64,000 nt of DNA from Calcarisporiella thermophila CBS 279.70 (Eukaryota; Fungi; Calcarisporiellomycota), in assembly GCF_041956535.1 (NCBI RefSeq), contig NW_027192208.1, positions 78,761-142,760 on the forward strand, given 5' to 3'. The position numbers and the translations under genes were made by a program. Within the stretch, counting starts at the first letter, position 1, and each line of letters opens with the position of its first letter. Of the stretch, positions 53,593-64,000 are shown one piece after another. The notes beneath the pieces are model-generated. The model saw only the letters and a list, made by a program, of their open reading frames with translations. It was not told where the DNA came from and did no database searches.

Positions 53593-55436
53593 CTATCTCT
53601 TCGCCACTCCACACTTTTGGCAGTACACCTTCCCGAGCCTTTCTCTAAAATTCCCATCGACAATCACCTCTTCACACGCACAGCAAACAAAATGTTCCGG
53701 ATGCCACTTTTTACCTAGAGCAGTAATGGCTCGACCCTCAATCGGCATACGACACTTCTCACACACATAACCAAGGTGCATGCGGAAATGTCGCTCGCAA
53801 TAAGGCAGGTTTTGGCGCACAAAAAATCGACCATCCTCAAACGGCTCGAAACAGTCCTAGAAGGTTATACAAACATGAAGCCAAGACTACGACATTGTTA
53901 ATAAAAAAATCCCTACTCACCATACAGACAAAGCATTTCTTGTGCCATTGCCCTCCTATTGCTTGCACATAATCCTCCGTTATCATGATGTTGCAGCGCC
54001 GGCAACGCACTGCAAACTTCTTTGTATGGCATTTTTCGCAGTATGGATGCCCTTCATGGACCATAAACCCTCCAGACTCAAAGGGTGAGCCACATTCTCT
54101 GCAAAAGAAGTGACCAGGATGGTAGGTTTTGCCGAGAGCAGTGAGGCATTGCTGAAAGTTAAAAGGAGAAAAAGTCAACTGCTATTATCAACGCATTCAT
54201 ACAGAAGCGCCCAGCGTTACTTACATCCTCAATCGGCGTCTTGCAGTATTCACATCTCGGACTAAACAGCTCGTGATAATCGACATGACAATAGGGATAC
54301 CCATCTCGTTCATAGTAAGCAATGTGCTCCAGGGATTGTCCACAGTGTTTGCATATGAAATGGTCGGGGTGCCAGCTCTTTCCAAGTGCTGTCACGACGA
54401 TTCCCCGAATATGTTCGCCGCAGCCAGCACATTTCAGGCCGGCAGCTGATAGAGTGCTTGCGATAGGCCGCTTTTCGGCTTCCGCGTCACCCGCAGAGTC
54501 ACCGAAAGAAATGGTGGGGATAGGCCCAACAGATATACTTGGGATAGAGGTCGGTGCTGCATTATCTCCAACGGATATGGATGGTATGGGTGGTTGCGTC
54601 TCGTTTGATTCCATTTGTGCGACTGATGGATATTTCATTGCCGCATTCTTTGCCTGAGGCGTGGTCCATTGCTCGGTCGATTTGTTATCATTGGCGGCCC
54701 CAGCAAACACAGTGCGAGGAGTAGGAGGCAGCCCTTTTTCTGTCGGATCCTCTCTTTTATTGCTGCTTGTGCTAGGGCTGGCCAGAGTCAGATTTGCAAG
54801 CGAAGGCAGGGTGATGTCATTCATTAAGTCATCGATACTTCGATAAGCGCCCCGATCCTCACTTCGGTTTGGTGGCGGTCCTTGTGATTTTGATGGTAGC
54901 TGCCGAGAGACCTGCTCTTTGGGCGGTGATTGTGTGTTTGTAGTGTTCGAGTGTGGTGGCGGCACCGGATGTCGAGCTTGAGAATCGGCAGCGCCAGATT
55001 GCGAAGGGGTTGCTGACGGCATGGGATATTGCCTGCTCTCGCCTGGATCTCTCTCCCCTGCGCTGTACGATAATGATCTTCCCATACCAGTCCCACTGCC
55101 TTGACCCTGCATATCTCCACGAATTATGGGTGGAAATCCTCGCAAGGAACTTGGCTTAGGAGGGGTAGGCAATGGACGGCGACTAGATGGATCAGGATCG
55201 GGGCGCTTGGGTTGGCCATGCGTTGGTGGGCGGGGGCCGGTGAGACTATTACGGTGTGCACGTGGAAGAGGTGCCGTTGTTGAGGAGGAATCTGAGGATT
55301 TTTGTTGTTTGGAAGAGATCGACTTGAGATAGCGATCTAAAAATAAAAAGCGAGTTAGCGCGTTGGGGGGTCCAGGGATCCAAATGGTAGCAAAGAAATC
55401 GTGGTTACCAAGTTCTTCTCTTGTCATGTAGGACAT
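53593..55436 (-). CDS. Paxillin-like protein with four LIM domains
   Basis: CAGC..ALGKSWHPDHFIC, ALGKTYHPGHFFC, AIGGQWHKKCFVC, ALGKKWHPEHFVC; Pro/Ser-rich N-terminus. Confidence 0.9.
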
Positions 55437-56244
55437 TCTGCCAAAATAATTATGTATTCTGCTCTGTTCTGCGGGTAGATTAGTAGAGCTTCCTTGGAGT
55501 TGAAATAGAAACTGAGCGCGTCAATCTTGTAAAATCGACGGAACTATTTATAAACTCGCTTGGACAGCTCCGAATTTACCAAGAAAATTTACCAAGTCGA
55601 TCCCCGCCCATAATTCGAGTGCAGAACGCAAAGCAAATAGGCAAGCCAGGTATCTACGAAGTGGGTGCTGAGATATCAAATGCTTTTACTTGGTACCCTC
55701 TAGTTGATTTATTGTTTTCTTCTGTCCGTCATCTTTAATTGGGGCAGAAATATATTATTATGAGAAACCAAAGAGTGACTTTATTTCACTATGATTATCA
55801 AGATGTACAACCCAATTAGTTGCCAATGATACCAATTCTTTTCTATAGACTCAACCACTATCTGATACTATGATCAGCGGAACCTGCGTTTTCTCCTGGT
55901 TAGTTTATGCCAACGGATATCTGGAGAGTAAGAAACATAGAAAATATACCTTGTGTATACTCAAAACAATTGTGCAAATAAGAAATCAAAGGTAAAAAGG
56001 CATTCACCTTTCAATATTGGGCGTGAAGTTTTAACTCATTTCACACATCACTCCAAATATTTATTCAACACTATATTATTTTTCTGGGTGTTTAAACTTT
56101 AAATATTATTGTAAATGTAGCTATTGAGCTAAAGAAAACAATTAAAATACACACTGCTCTTTATAAAAGTATCTAAGAGACGAAAAGAACAGAGGTTCAA
56201 ATCCTGAGGTAAAGTCCACACATGCTAGATTCAAGTTTTAACAT

Positions 56245-56493
56245 CTAGTCTGCGATCCCCTGCTTACATTTGACCCTGCCATTGATCTGAGCACAGCATG
56301 CTTCATATTTCTTTACCGAATCCCCCCAATCTTTGGTCCGGCACACATTTCCGTACATAGAGCCTTCAGCCGGAATACAGCAACTTCCATCGTAGTCGGG
56401 CTTAAAGCAAGAGCAAAGGCCGATATCTTTCGCGTAAGCCGGAGCAATAATGGCGACCATCATTAGTAAGAAAAAGACACTTCTAACGGACAT
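56245..56493 (-). CDS. Small secreted cysteine-rich protein (82 aa, 8 Cys), effector/toxin-like
   Basis: Signal peptide MSVRSVFFLLMMVAIIAPAYA|KD; mature part C-x-C-x8-CC-x11-C-x14-CC-x8-C; TATA box upstream. Confidence 0.82.
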   Translation of the reverse strand: MSVRSVFFLLMMVAIIAPAYAKDIGLCSCFKPDYDGSCCIPAEGSMYGNVCRTKDWGDSVKKYEACCAQINGRVKCKQGIAD

Positions 56494-56578
56494 GATGTTC
56501 TTTCTGAATATATCTTGATCTGAGACAGGGTCTGGTGCGATTTTTGTTGCAAAGCTGAGGAGTATCCTCCTAAGGCGA

Positions 56579-56590
56579 CTTTTATAAAAG
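56579..56590 (-). promoter_or_regulatory. Putative TATA box of the small secreted protein gene
   Basis: TATAAAAG within the palindrome CTTTTATAAAAG, about 90 nt upstream of ATG 56493. Confidence 0.45.
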
Positions 56591-57471
56591 GAGCCTATAA
56601 AGTTTATTGTAAAAATAGATTTACATTTCCACTTGAACCGCATAAGCCTGCTGCGCCTCTCTAAGTTCGATCAAGTTAATTTTGGACCGCGGAAGGGCTG
56701 ACTCAGAGGGAATGTACATATATATACTTGCTTAAGACAACTTATCTTGGATAAACGAATTTCAGCATTGGAGAGATCCAAGTGAAGCATAGAACGGCCT
56801 TTTACAGATTATTTTACTACTCCTCATTTTAGGCTTACCCAAAGTTGTAAAATATGCGGTGGGACAGGAAGTCCTTGGCAGCGGCCAGATCATACCATCT
56901 TAACCCTCCATATTCTCACCCCATAAATCGTCACGCTTTGCATGGTCATACTTCTGCATCGTTATATCAGGAGTAAAATTGGAAGAATAAAGGCTTTCTT
57001 CTCCAAATACCTGTCTTTAAGGAAGCTAGAATAAGGGCTTTCAATGCCCAAGCTGCGTGGTAGCAAGAGAGCAGGACGTGGGATTCGGTGAACATTGTCT
57101 AAGATCGAGAAACCTCTTTTAGTGAGGTCTGTATTATATGTTGATTGTAACAATATGTTTGCAATATCCGCCAACAGGGAGGGAGTCTGTAAAAATTCTT
57201 TAAAAATTTGAAAATGATCAATGGAACGCCAACTGTTAATGCCATGATATGCAAGGAGACGAAATTTATTGAACTTCTGGCAGGGATGTCAGCTTGTTCG
57301 GAAAAACTTTCAGAAAACGTAGAAATTATATCCGTATCATCCTATTGACCGGACTTCATTTGCTTCAAAAGAAAGGTACTAGTCATATAAATAATGGAAG
57401 GCGCCACGATAGAGTTGGCCCAAAAAAGAACTCAGCCTGTTAAATATACATTACGATAAATACTGTTACAA

Positions 57472-59009
57472 TTATTGCTCATCCGCTTTCTCCTCAAAGA
57501 ACTCCACAAGGGCCTGGCCGAATCGTATCATGGCCTGCTCCAGATCCTCATCAGATGCATATGTGAAACTAGCTCTGAAGAAAGGAGCTTGGTCCCAGTC
57601 GAGGAAATTCTCTGCTGAACATTGACTGCCAGGTACTAGCAATATCTTTCGCTTAATGCAGAGCTCAAAGAGAGCCTCCATCGAGAACTGCTCACGGCCC
57701 GGTGGTGGCGTGATTTTGATCCACATGAACATACCGCCCAAGGGTTCGGTAAAGCTGGCATATTTTGCGGGGACATGTTTCTTTGCTGCCGAATAAAGGA
57801 CATTGCGTTTCTTCTCGTAATACACTCGGATCTTCTCCAAGTGTCTCGTCCATCCCTCTTGACCCCATACTTTTGACAGTAGCTGTGACATGATGGCCTG
57901 TGAAAAGCCAGACGGCTGTTGCGTGCTCACCTCATTGCTGTATGAATAGATGGTATTGATTTGAGAGTTGCTGGTTATCCACCCCAGACGGGATCCTGGG
58001 GCTATCACTTTGGAGAAGGAATCAAGCCGGATGACGCGGCCGTCTGTATCGAGCGACAGTATGGTGGGCATTAATTTGAAGGGCTCCGTTTGAGGAGTCT
58101 CAGAAGAGGAGTACTGGAGGTAATAGTACGGATCGTCTTCTATAATGATAAGGTTGTAGCGCTGGCAGATAGAATAGATTTTTTTGCGACGAGCAAGAGA
58201 CATGGTTGCCCCTGTAGGGTTTTGCCCTGTTGGAATCTTCAGAGAAACGTTAGCTTTCGATCTTTTCCCAGACGACGTCTTCGATGGCTATGGCCAAACT
58301 TTTTTTTTTTACTTTACCAAATAGATAACTCGCGGTTTTTTCTCATTTTCTGGCCAAGTGCTCAATGTTTCTTCTAGTTTCTCCGGTATCATACCCTCCA
58401 CATCCATCTCGATGCCCCGCATCTTCATACCCAGGGCAAACACCGTTTCCAGCACGGATGGATAGGTCCATTCATCCGCAATCAACACATCTCCCTCCTG
58501 GCATAACATCCTGACTGCTTTCTCAAATCCGTCTGTATTCCCTGCCGAGATAGACACCTGCCAGTCATCATAGGGTGGGGAATAGAAATCAGCAACGTGC
58601 TGGCGTAAGAAGGAGATAAGTTTAGGAGAACCGAATCCTAGGCCGTACTGTAGATCATCAGCAAGGCAAGTGATGGCTTCGGAGGTCGGGTCGGAAGGCA
58701 CAAGTACAGTCTGTTTGGAAGCGCTCGAACCGACGGGGATGTGGGGGGACGCGACTTCGGCGGCGATATTAAGAAAAGGGAAACTGGATGGGCTTGGAAG
58801 CCCTGGAGAGAATGGGTGCGTTTAATCTTATGCGATTGGGATAACCGTGACTTCTAGACTGTGTACTTACCTCCGCCGAGAGAGATCATTTCTGGCACTT
58901 TAACATACTTGAGCAGCGACTTTAGAGGACTGGGCATCCGCCGCTTTGCTTCCGCGCTCAAAAAAGGAGTATAGTCTTGGATGATGATTTTTTCAGCACG
59001 ACTTCCCAT
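57472..59009 (-). CDS. ARO8: PLP-dependent class I aminotransferase (aromatic amino acid / 2-aminoadipate; ARO8/AADAT-like), 3 exons
   Basis: PSPLKSL..MISLGG|GLP.P..FP, LQYG, PTGQNPTG, IIIEDDPYYYL, PLP lysine motif DSFSKVIAPGSRLG, GGMFMW. Confidence 0.9.
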
Positions 59010-60984
59010 GGTAACGACTTCCTTTTTTTTTCTTTATGGAGTGAAAGGAGGAGGGTGAGAACCATATCCTCCATGCAAAAAGTCTCACTCCTTTTAAACC
59101 CACCAGCGTTTGATGAAATGTCAAAACGCCTCCTCGAATTTTATTCCATTTACACTCAACCGCGTACAACAGTTCCATAAGATTAGCAAAAATTGATGGA
59201 GCCATTTCCCACGGTCAACTCAGTCTCTTTGTTGAATCATCTTGCCTCATAGCAAAGGAAACCCGTCACTTATGCATCGAATTTCATATTCGAGCAACGG
59301 AATCCATCTGAATCATGGTTGCATCATTCTTACTCAGATGATCTTCGTTTATTTTTATTTCCTCTCCAGTTAACCCTTGTTGACAGGAATTCGACCCTTG
59401 GTCTTATGAACCTTTCTGAACACCTAGATTATCTAAGCCAATGAGATGTCCGTATTTCGAAATATGGAGGGCCTTTTGATTTCGTAAGGGGAACACTAAT
59501 TTTAATTTCCAAGAGCTCAGTGTTCAAGTGCTCAAGCGCTCAGTTGAAGAAACCCAGTAATCAAATCCTATTTAAAGCTTGTCCCCCACCGAGGTTTAGC
59601 CAATGTAGTCGTCTACTTGATATCACACAAGATGGGTTTGAACTTTGCAAACTAAATGGCGGCTTTCTATTGACTCTTTATTAAATAAAATATGATGCTT
59701 TCTGTAATCGCCTGGTGATTTCCCCCCCTCCCCTATAATTTGCTCAGTTTAGTCAATACATTTTCGGCATCCGCAAACCACGGCATGCCACTCGTAAAGG
59801 CCAGACGATGCAGAAAGCTTGAAAAGGGTAAACCAACGACATGCAAGTGTAAGTGGGGTTGGGAGTTGAAGGGAGGGCGATGGAATCCCATCCTGAACCG
59901 TCAAAAGTATTATTAGCATTGAATATCTGAATAGGCAGACTTAGTAGAAGAAAATGGAATACCGAGAATTCTCTGGAGAATAACCATGCTTTGTGAGGAG
60001 TTCCTTTCCGTGCTGGATCATTGATTTCACTAATATGGTGTACAATGTACATGGCGTTTGAACGCTTACTTGGTACCCAAATGCAAACACCAAAATCAAA
60101 CTTACACAGTGTTGTATCTTCCGAAGTTAAATCTTTAATCGTTCCTATTGACCATTTCATCAGCAGAAGCATTATTGATAAATACAGGACAGCTTATCAC
60201 CATAGTGCTTTCGTGGGATTACAAGTAGATGCAATTTTCCATGAGGGGCTATGTCATGGAATGCGATAAAATCTTTGTTCTGTCAATAAATTCTGTCAAG
60301 CTTAAAATTGGCTGGAATTAATGCAAAGGGTCGATTGATTACCTCCCACGCAATACGAAATCCGGTCTCGGGACGGACATCACAGAAAATGCAAGGCTTG
60401 ACTGTCATGAGCGACTATATAATGAGTGGAGAAGTATTGATCGGTATATGGGATTCCTAAACAATCATTGTATAAATTGTAGAGTCGCTCGCAACCAGCG
60501 GGACCTCTTTGAGGCTGAGCTCTAGAGGTGCTCATGATTTGGAAGAATGACCGCTGAGCCACACTTCAATTTTTCAACAGTCTAGGAATATTCCGCTCGA
60601 CAATATAAACGTAGCCGTTAAACTTTCCTATCAAACTCATCGTTATCTGGCGATGTCACGAATTTGAGCATGATCACAATGGATCATGCAATATTCGCAA
60701 GATCTCCCCAAATTTGCGTCCACCAAGTATACTTCAGAACTTTCCTTTTCTATTAGGGTGACCGCCCGATTGACATATGCACGTGGACTGCATGCCCAAT
60801 AACGATACTTTAATAGTTACAGTGGCGACAGTGCTGTGCATAAGTTGATTCACGGGCTCATTCAGCTGCTATGCATAAAACATAGACTGAGATCCCTGCA
60901 CTTATCGCTAAGTGAGCGCTTAAGGATCGAATCGAATGTGCTATTGCGTTTTCGCGTGCTACCTTTAACAAGGAGATTAACCAG

Positions 60985-61915
60985 TCTTGAGTCGATGTAT
61001 CAATGTTAAAAAAAAAAAAAGAAAGATGATTATTCTAGAAGAAAACTATGGTTGTCTCTGTCAATATTTAACTAAGAACTAAATATCTATAGGGTAGAGG
61101 GATAATGCCGAGGCCAAATGGCTTTGGCACAGTGACTATGAAACCAAAAAGGCTCTGAAAAAAGTAGGGGAGTGAAGCAGACTCGCATAAGGATCGTCGT
61201 GGCGGTCTGCGGAAAACTATATCAGAGCATATTTCCTTACACTCTTCACTTCTTAAAAAATGTCTTTCCCCAACACTTTGTTCGTACTCTTGAATCACGC
61301 CTTGTGTGCGTTCGTGAGAATGCTAAGGGGTTCCCAAGTTGATCCGGAGTCGTGATATGCAGCTAATTTGATAAGATACTTGATTCTATGGACTCCGATT
61401 GTTCCCTTATTAAGAATGTGCTCGACTATGTATTCAAGTGTTTGTGTTAAGATTGGTTCATCTAAATAGAGCATCGTCAGCAACGTCTGACTTTCCAGGT
61501 TGATGCAAATTGTCAAAGTCGTACTCTTGAACAAGCCTTATCCAGCTATCTGGACGTGTTGTTAAAGAAGGCTGAGTATATAAAAAAGTACAATGGAGTA
61601 ATCTGTGTTAATGTTGAAATGATTACCCTCGCGAGAGACATACCAAGAGCGAAGAGTGTGTGTTGTGGCCAAAAGTTTCTTTTCGTGTGCGGCATAGTTT
61701 GCTTAGCTGGAGATCACTTGCGGGATTATGCAATATGTTGGAGAATATTGTTCCTGGCTGATTGAGTCAGTATGGGGTGTCTGGGTAACCTTTTTGTAGA
61801 TAACAAAATTTGTAACCGAAGTCGATGTAGCAATCTTCCAAAAAAATGAAAGAGAATTTATTCCAAAAGAAAGCTATGGTTTTTCTTGTAAATACTAATC
61901 TAAGAAATACAAATT
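60985..61915 (-). mobile_element. Degenerate Ty3/gypsy chromovirus relic (chromodomain, PPT, LTR remnants)
   Basis: EYIVEHIL...YLIKLAAYHDSGSTWEPLSILTNA../IQEYE is a chromodomain. Purine tract AAGAAGTGAAGAG followed by TGTAAG at 61241; ~100-bp imperfect direct repeats at ~60985-61085 and ~61811-61915. Confidence 0.65.
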
Positions 61916-62260
61916 TATAATATAAATGACTCTGCTTTGCTTCTTAGAAATACGATGATTTTTACTCTGCTTTCGCGCTCTCTCTTTTGATTCCGAAGAA
62001 GATATGCTCTCACTCGCGAGCTCTTCGGTCAATTCTTCAAAAATGGGGGCGTGTTCTGAAGCTATGTAACAAAAGCGGTCGCTAAAGTTTCCTGCCAGTT
62101 TGATTTCTACGAGCATTGCTTATGAGATTGAAGTGAGGTGGTTTTGCATCTGCAGGTTAATATCCCAGAGAGGCTTAAGCCAATAGTGGCAGAGAGTATC
62201 AGGGGCGATGTCGCGATTGTGTTCTACGAATTTCGTGACTGATGCAATAAGCTCATCGGC

Positions 62261-62650
62261 CTATCGTGTGACCAGCTTGTCGCCATTTTGCACAATTATG
62301 CATTATTCAATGTGGTTGTTCTTGCAGACAGTCGTCGCGGTTTCAGTTTGAACAATAATGATTTTACCAGGTTCACGGTTGCGCATATTAAAGGCATTAA
62401 ACGGTATCGACTCTTCTGGACCATGCACCACTGAATCACAGACGGGACGTCGATTCCATTACTATTGCGTGATATATTGAATGCGTATTTGGACCAGAGG
62501 ATAGAGGATCGACCACCTTTTAAGGCCCATATTGAGTCCATTCTGTCAATCAATCTAGACAAAGCAGAATCCTATTGGAGGCCTGCATTTAATAGAGGGA
62601 CCGTACTAAACAACCTAAATACGCTGATACCCAAGATGTGCGGCAATTAA
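62261..62650 (+). pseudogene. NRPS condensation-domain fragment with a stop inside the HHxxxDG motif
   Basis: One frame reads DQLVAILH..LADSRRGFSL..FTRFTV..RYRLFWTMHH*ITDGTSIPLLLRDILNAY..RPPFKAHIESI..AESYWR; TGA at 62432-62434. Confidence 0.78.
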
Positions 62651-63345
62651 GCTCTCTTAATTATTTATTGAAAATCGAGTATATCGAACATTAATACAGT
62701 ATATTTATACAGTTTCTCTAACATTTACAGATTATATTTCTGATTCTTATTCCAATAGGTTTATTTTATTCCAATATAATTATCTCTAAGAAAAATATAT
62801 AAACCTATCTTTAAAATCCTAAATGTGAAAATACGATCCGATGCTTCGATCACCCTTGAAACTTAATATCATTATACAATTCCTGCTGTTTATTCCTAGC
62901 AATTCTTTGCTTGAGCCAAGCGTATGCGACGACCTAATTGAAATGAGCAGGGCAAAATCGGCAGGCTACACATTTTGGTGATGGGAACCACGGATTGAAT
63001 GAAATGAGCAGGTAATAGTAAACGGAAAAATAGGATCACTCCAAATCAATATTACCATTAATTGGAATCTCAGCCGATTTTTTTTACAAGGATTCGGACG
63101 GTGTAGGTATTTGAAAGATTCAAGGTCAATTGGACTCAAGTTATTCCTGATATTAAAGAGTGGCCTCAAGGTGATTTCGAAGTAAACCGAGTTAAATTAG
63201 ACATTAAAATGGATTAAAATGGAAAATATTCTACAAGAAACTCAATAATGAAGAAGCATGGCACACCAAAGAAATTAAAAAAGGCACACAACACAACACT
63301 AAAACACAACCGTAACAGTATCCACCTTACAATTTGCTATGTCAT

Positions 63346-64000
63346 TTAACGTAATATAGCGGCCCGTCTTTTCCGCTTCTCCAGTAGAGTTGCACCATCC
63401 ATATTCAAATGGAAATCGGTTGGTTTATGTTGAGCCTGGTGCTGCTTCATTTGGTGGCGTACCGCCATATGTTGTCGCTGCCGCTCTTGTCCTGCATTCC
63501 TCTCGTTATAATTGTTTGACTTGGGAGCATTTTGCGGAAGAACAAGATTAAACTTGCCAACATTCTGGGGCGGTTGCACACGAATAATACGCTGTTGCCT
63601 AACATCGGCACCCCCGTTATTTGCTCGGGGCGGGAGAGGTAGGACGAAGTTATCGGCAGCTGTCTGCTCGACCTCTTCCCTGTTTTCCTTCTCTTCTGCG
63701 ATCGCCATTTCTTCTCTTCTATCCTGAAGTCGCTCCACCATTCCTCTCTCTTCCTCCATGAGTTGAACTGTATAGCACACATCAAATACCTCCTTCAATG
63801 CCGCCACTCCAGGTGACAGCACTGGCTCTTCCTCCATATTCGCGTTCTTAAATTCACCTTCCGTTGATTTCCCTGATTCCATTCGAGCTTCTGTCGAAGA
63901 AATACTACTACCAACGCCTGAGTCTTCCTCTTTCTCTCGCACAATAGCTTCAGCTGGGGCCATTCGCTTGTCGCGGAGGAACTCAGATCTCACCCAAGGA
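63346..64000 (-). CDS. 3' part of an unidentified E/Q-rich protein; frame open to the window edge
   Basis: Open frame of more than 215 aa with coding-like composition and a basic C-terminus (KRKRR). No family recognised. Confidence 0.45.
   Translation of the reverse strand, partial: PWVRSEFLRDKRMAPAEAIVREKEEDSGVGSSISSTEARMESGKSTEGEFKNANMEEEPVLSPGVAALKEVFDVCYTVQLMEEERGMVERLQDRREEMAIAEEKENREEVEQTAADNFVLPLPPRANNGGADVRQQRIIRVQPPQNVGKFNLVLPQNAPKSNNYNERNAGQERQRQHMAVRHQMKQHQAQHKPTDFHLNMDGATLLEKRKRRAAILR

Noticed and set aside
56190-56210. GGTTCAAATCC, tRNA T-loop/B-box-like
   Set aside because: No A-box, acceptor stem or cloverleaf can be built.
59753-60562. Intergenic ORFs of 60-139 aa upstream of the aminotransferase
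   Set aside because: No recognisable domain or consistent exon structure.
1-64000. CRISPR arrays, rRNA, tRNA, prokaryotic operons
   Set aside because: None seen; the sequence is eukaryotic with spliceosomal introns.

Overview
Intron-rich, gene-dense fungal genomic DNA. The short introns (about 60-100 nt) and the gene repertoire suggest an early-diverging fungus, probably Mucoromycota/Endogonales-like; this is an inference. Conserved genes: SF3B6/p14 (partial), a TBC Rab-GAP, a PX/DUF3818 protein, a Uds1 coiled-coil protein, GTPBP1/2, DnaJ HLJ1/DNAJB12, VPS26, XMAP215/Stu2, an FBXL2-like F-box/LRR protein, an RTT103-like CID protein, paxillin and an ARO8-like aminotransferase. Three paralogous Zn(II)2Cys6 regulators share identical intron positions, and there is a STE-domain-only protein. 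Accessory content: an AT-rich island carrying a disrupted NB-ARC/TPR NLR whose first exon encodes a single HET-s-like (HRAM-type) amyloid-motif candidate; a bacterial-like VC0807 membrane protein with a decayed tandem copy; a hidden tiny secreted GPI-type protein; a KP6-like 8-Cys secreted protein; a chromovirus relic; and an NRPS condensation-domain relic. Gene models were spliced by eye. No searches were run, and family names come from motif recognition.
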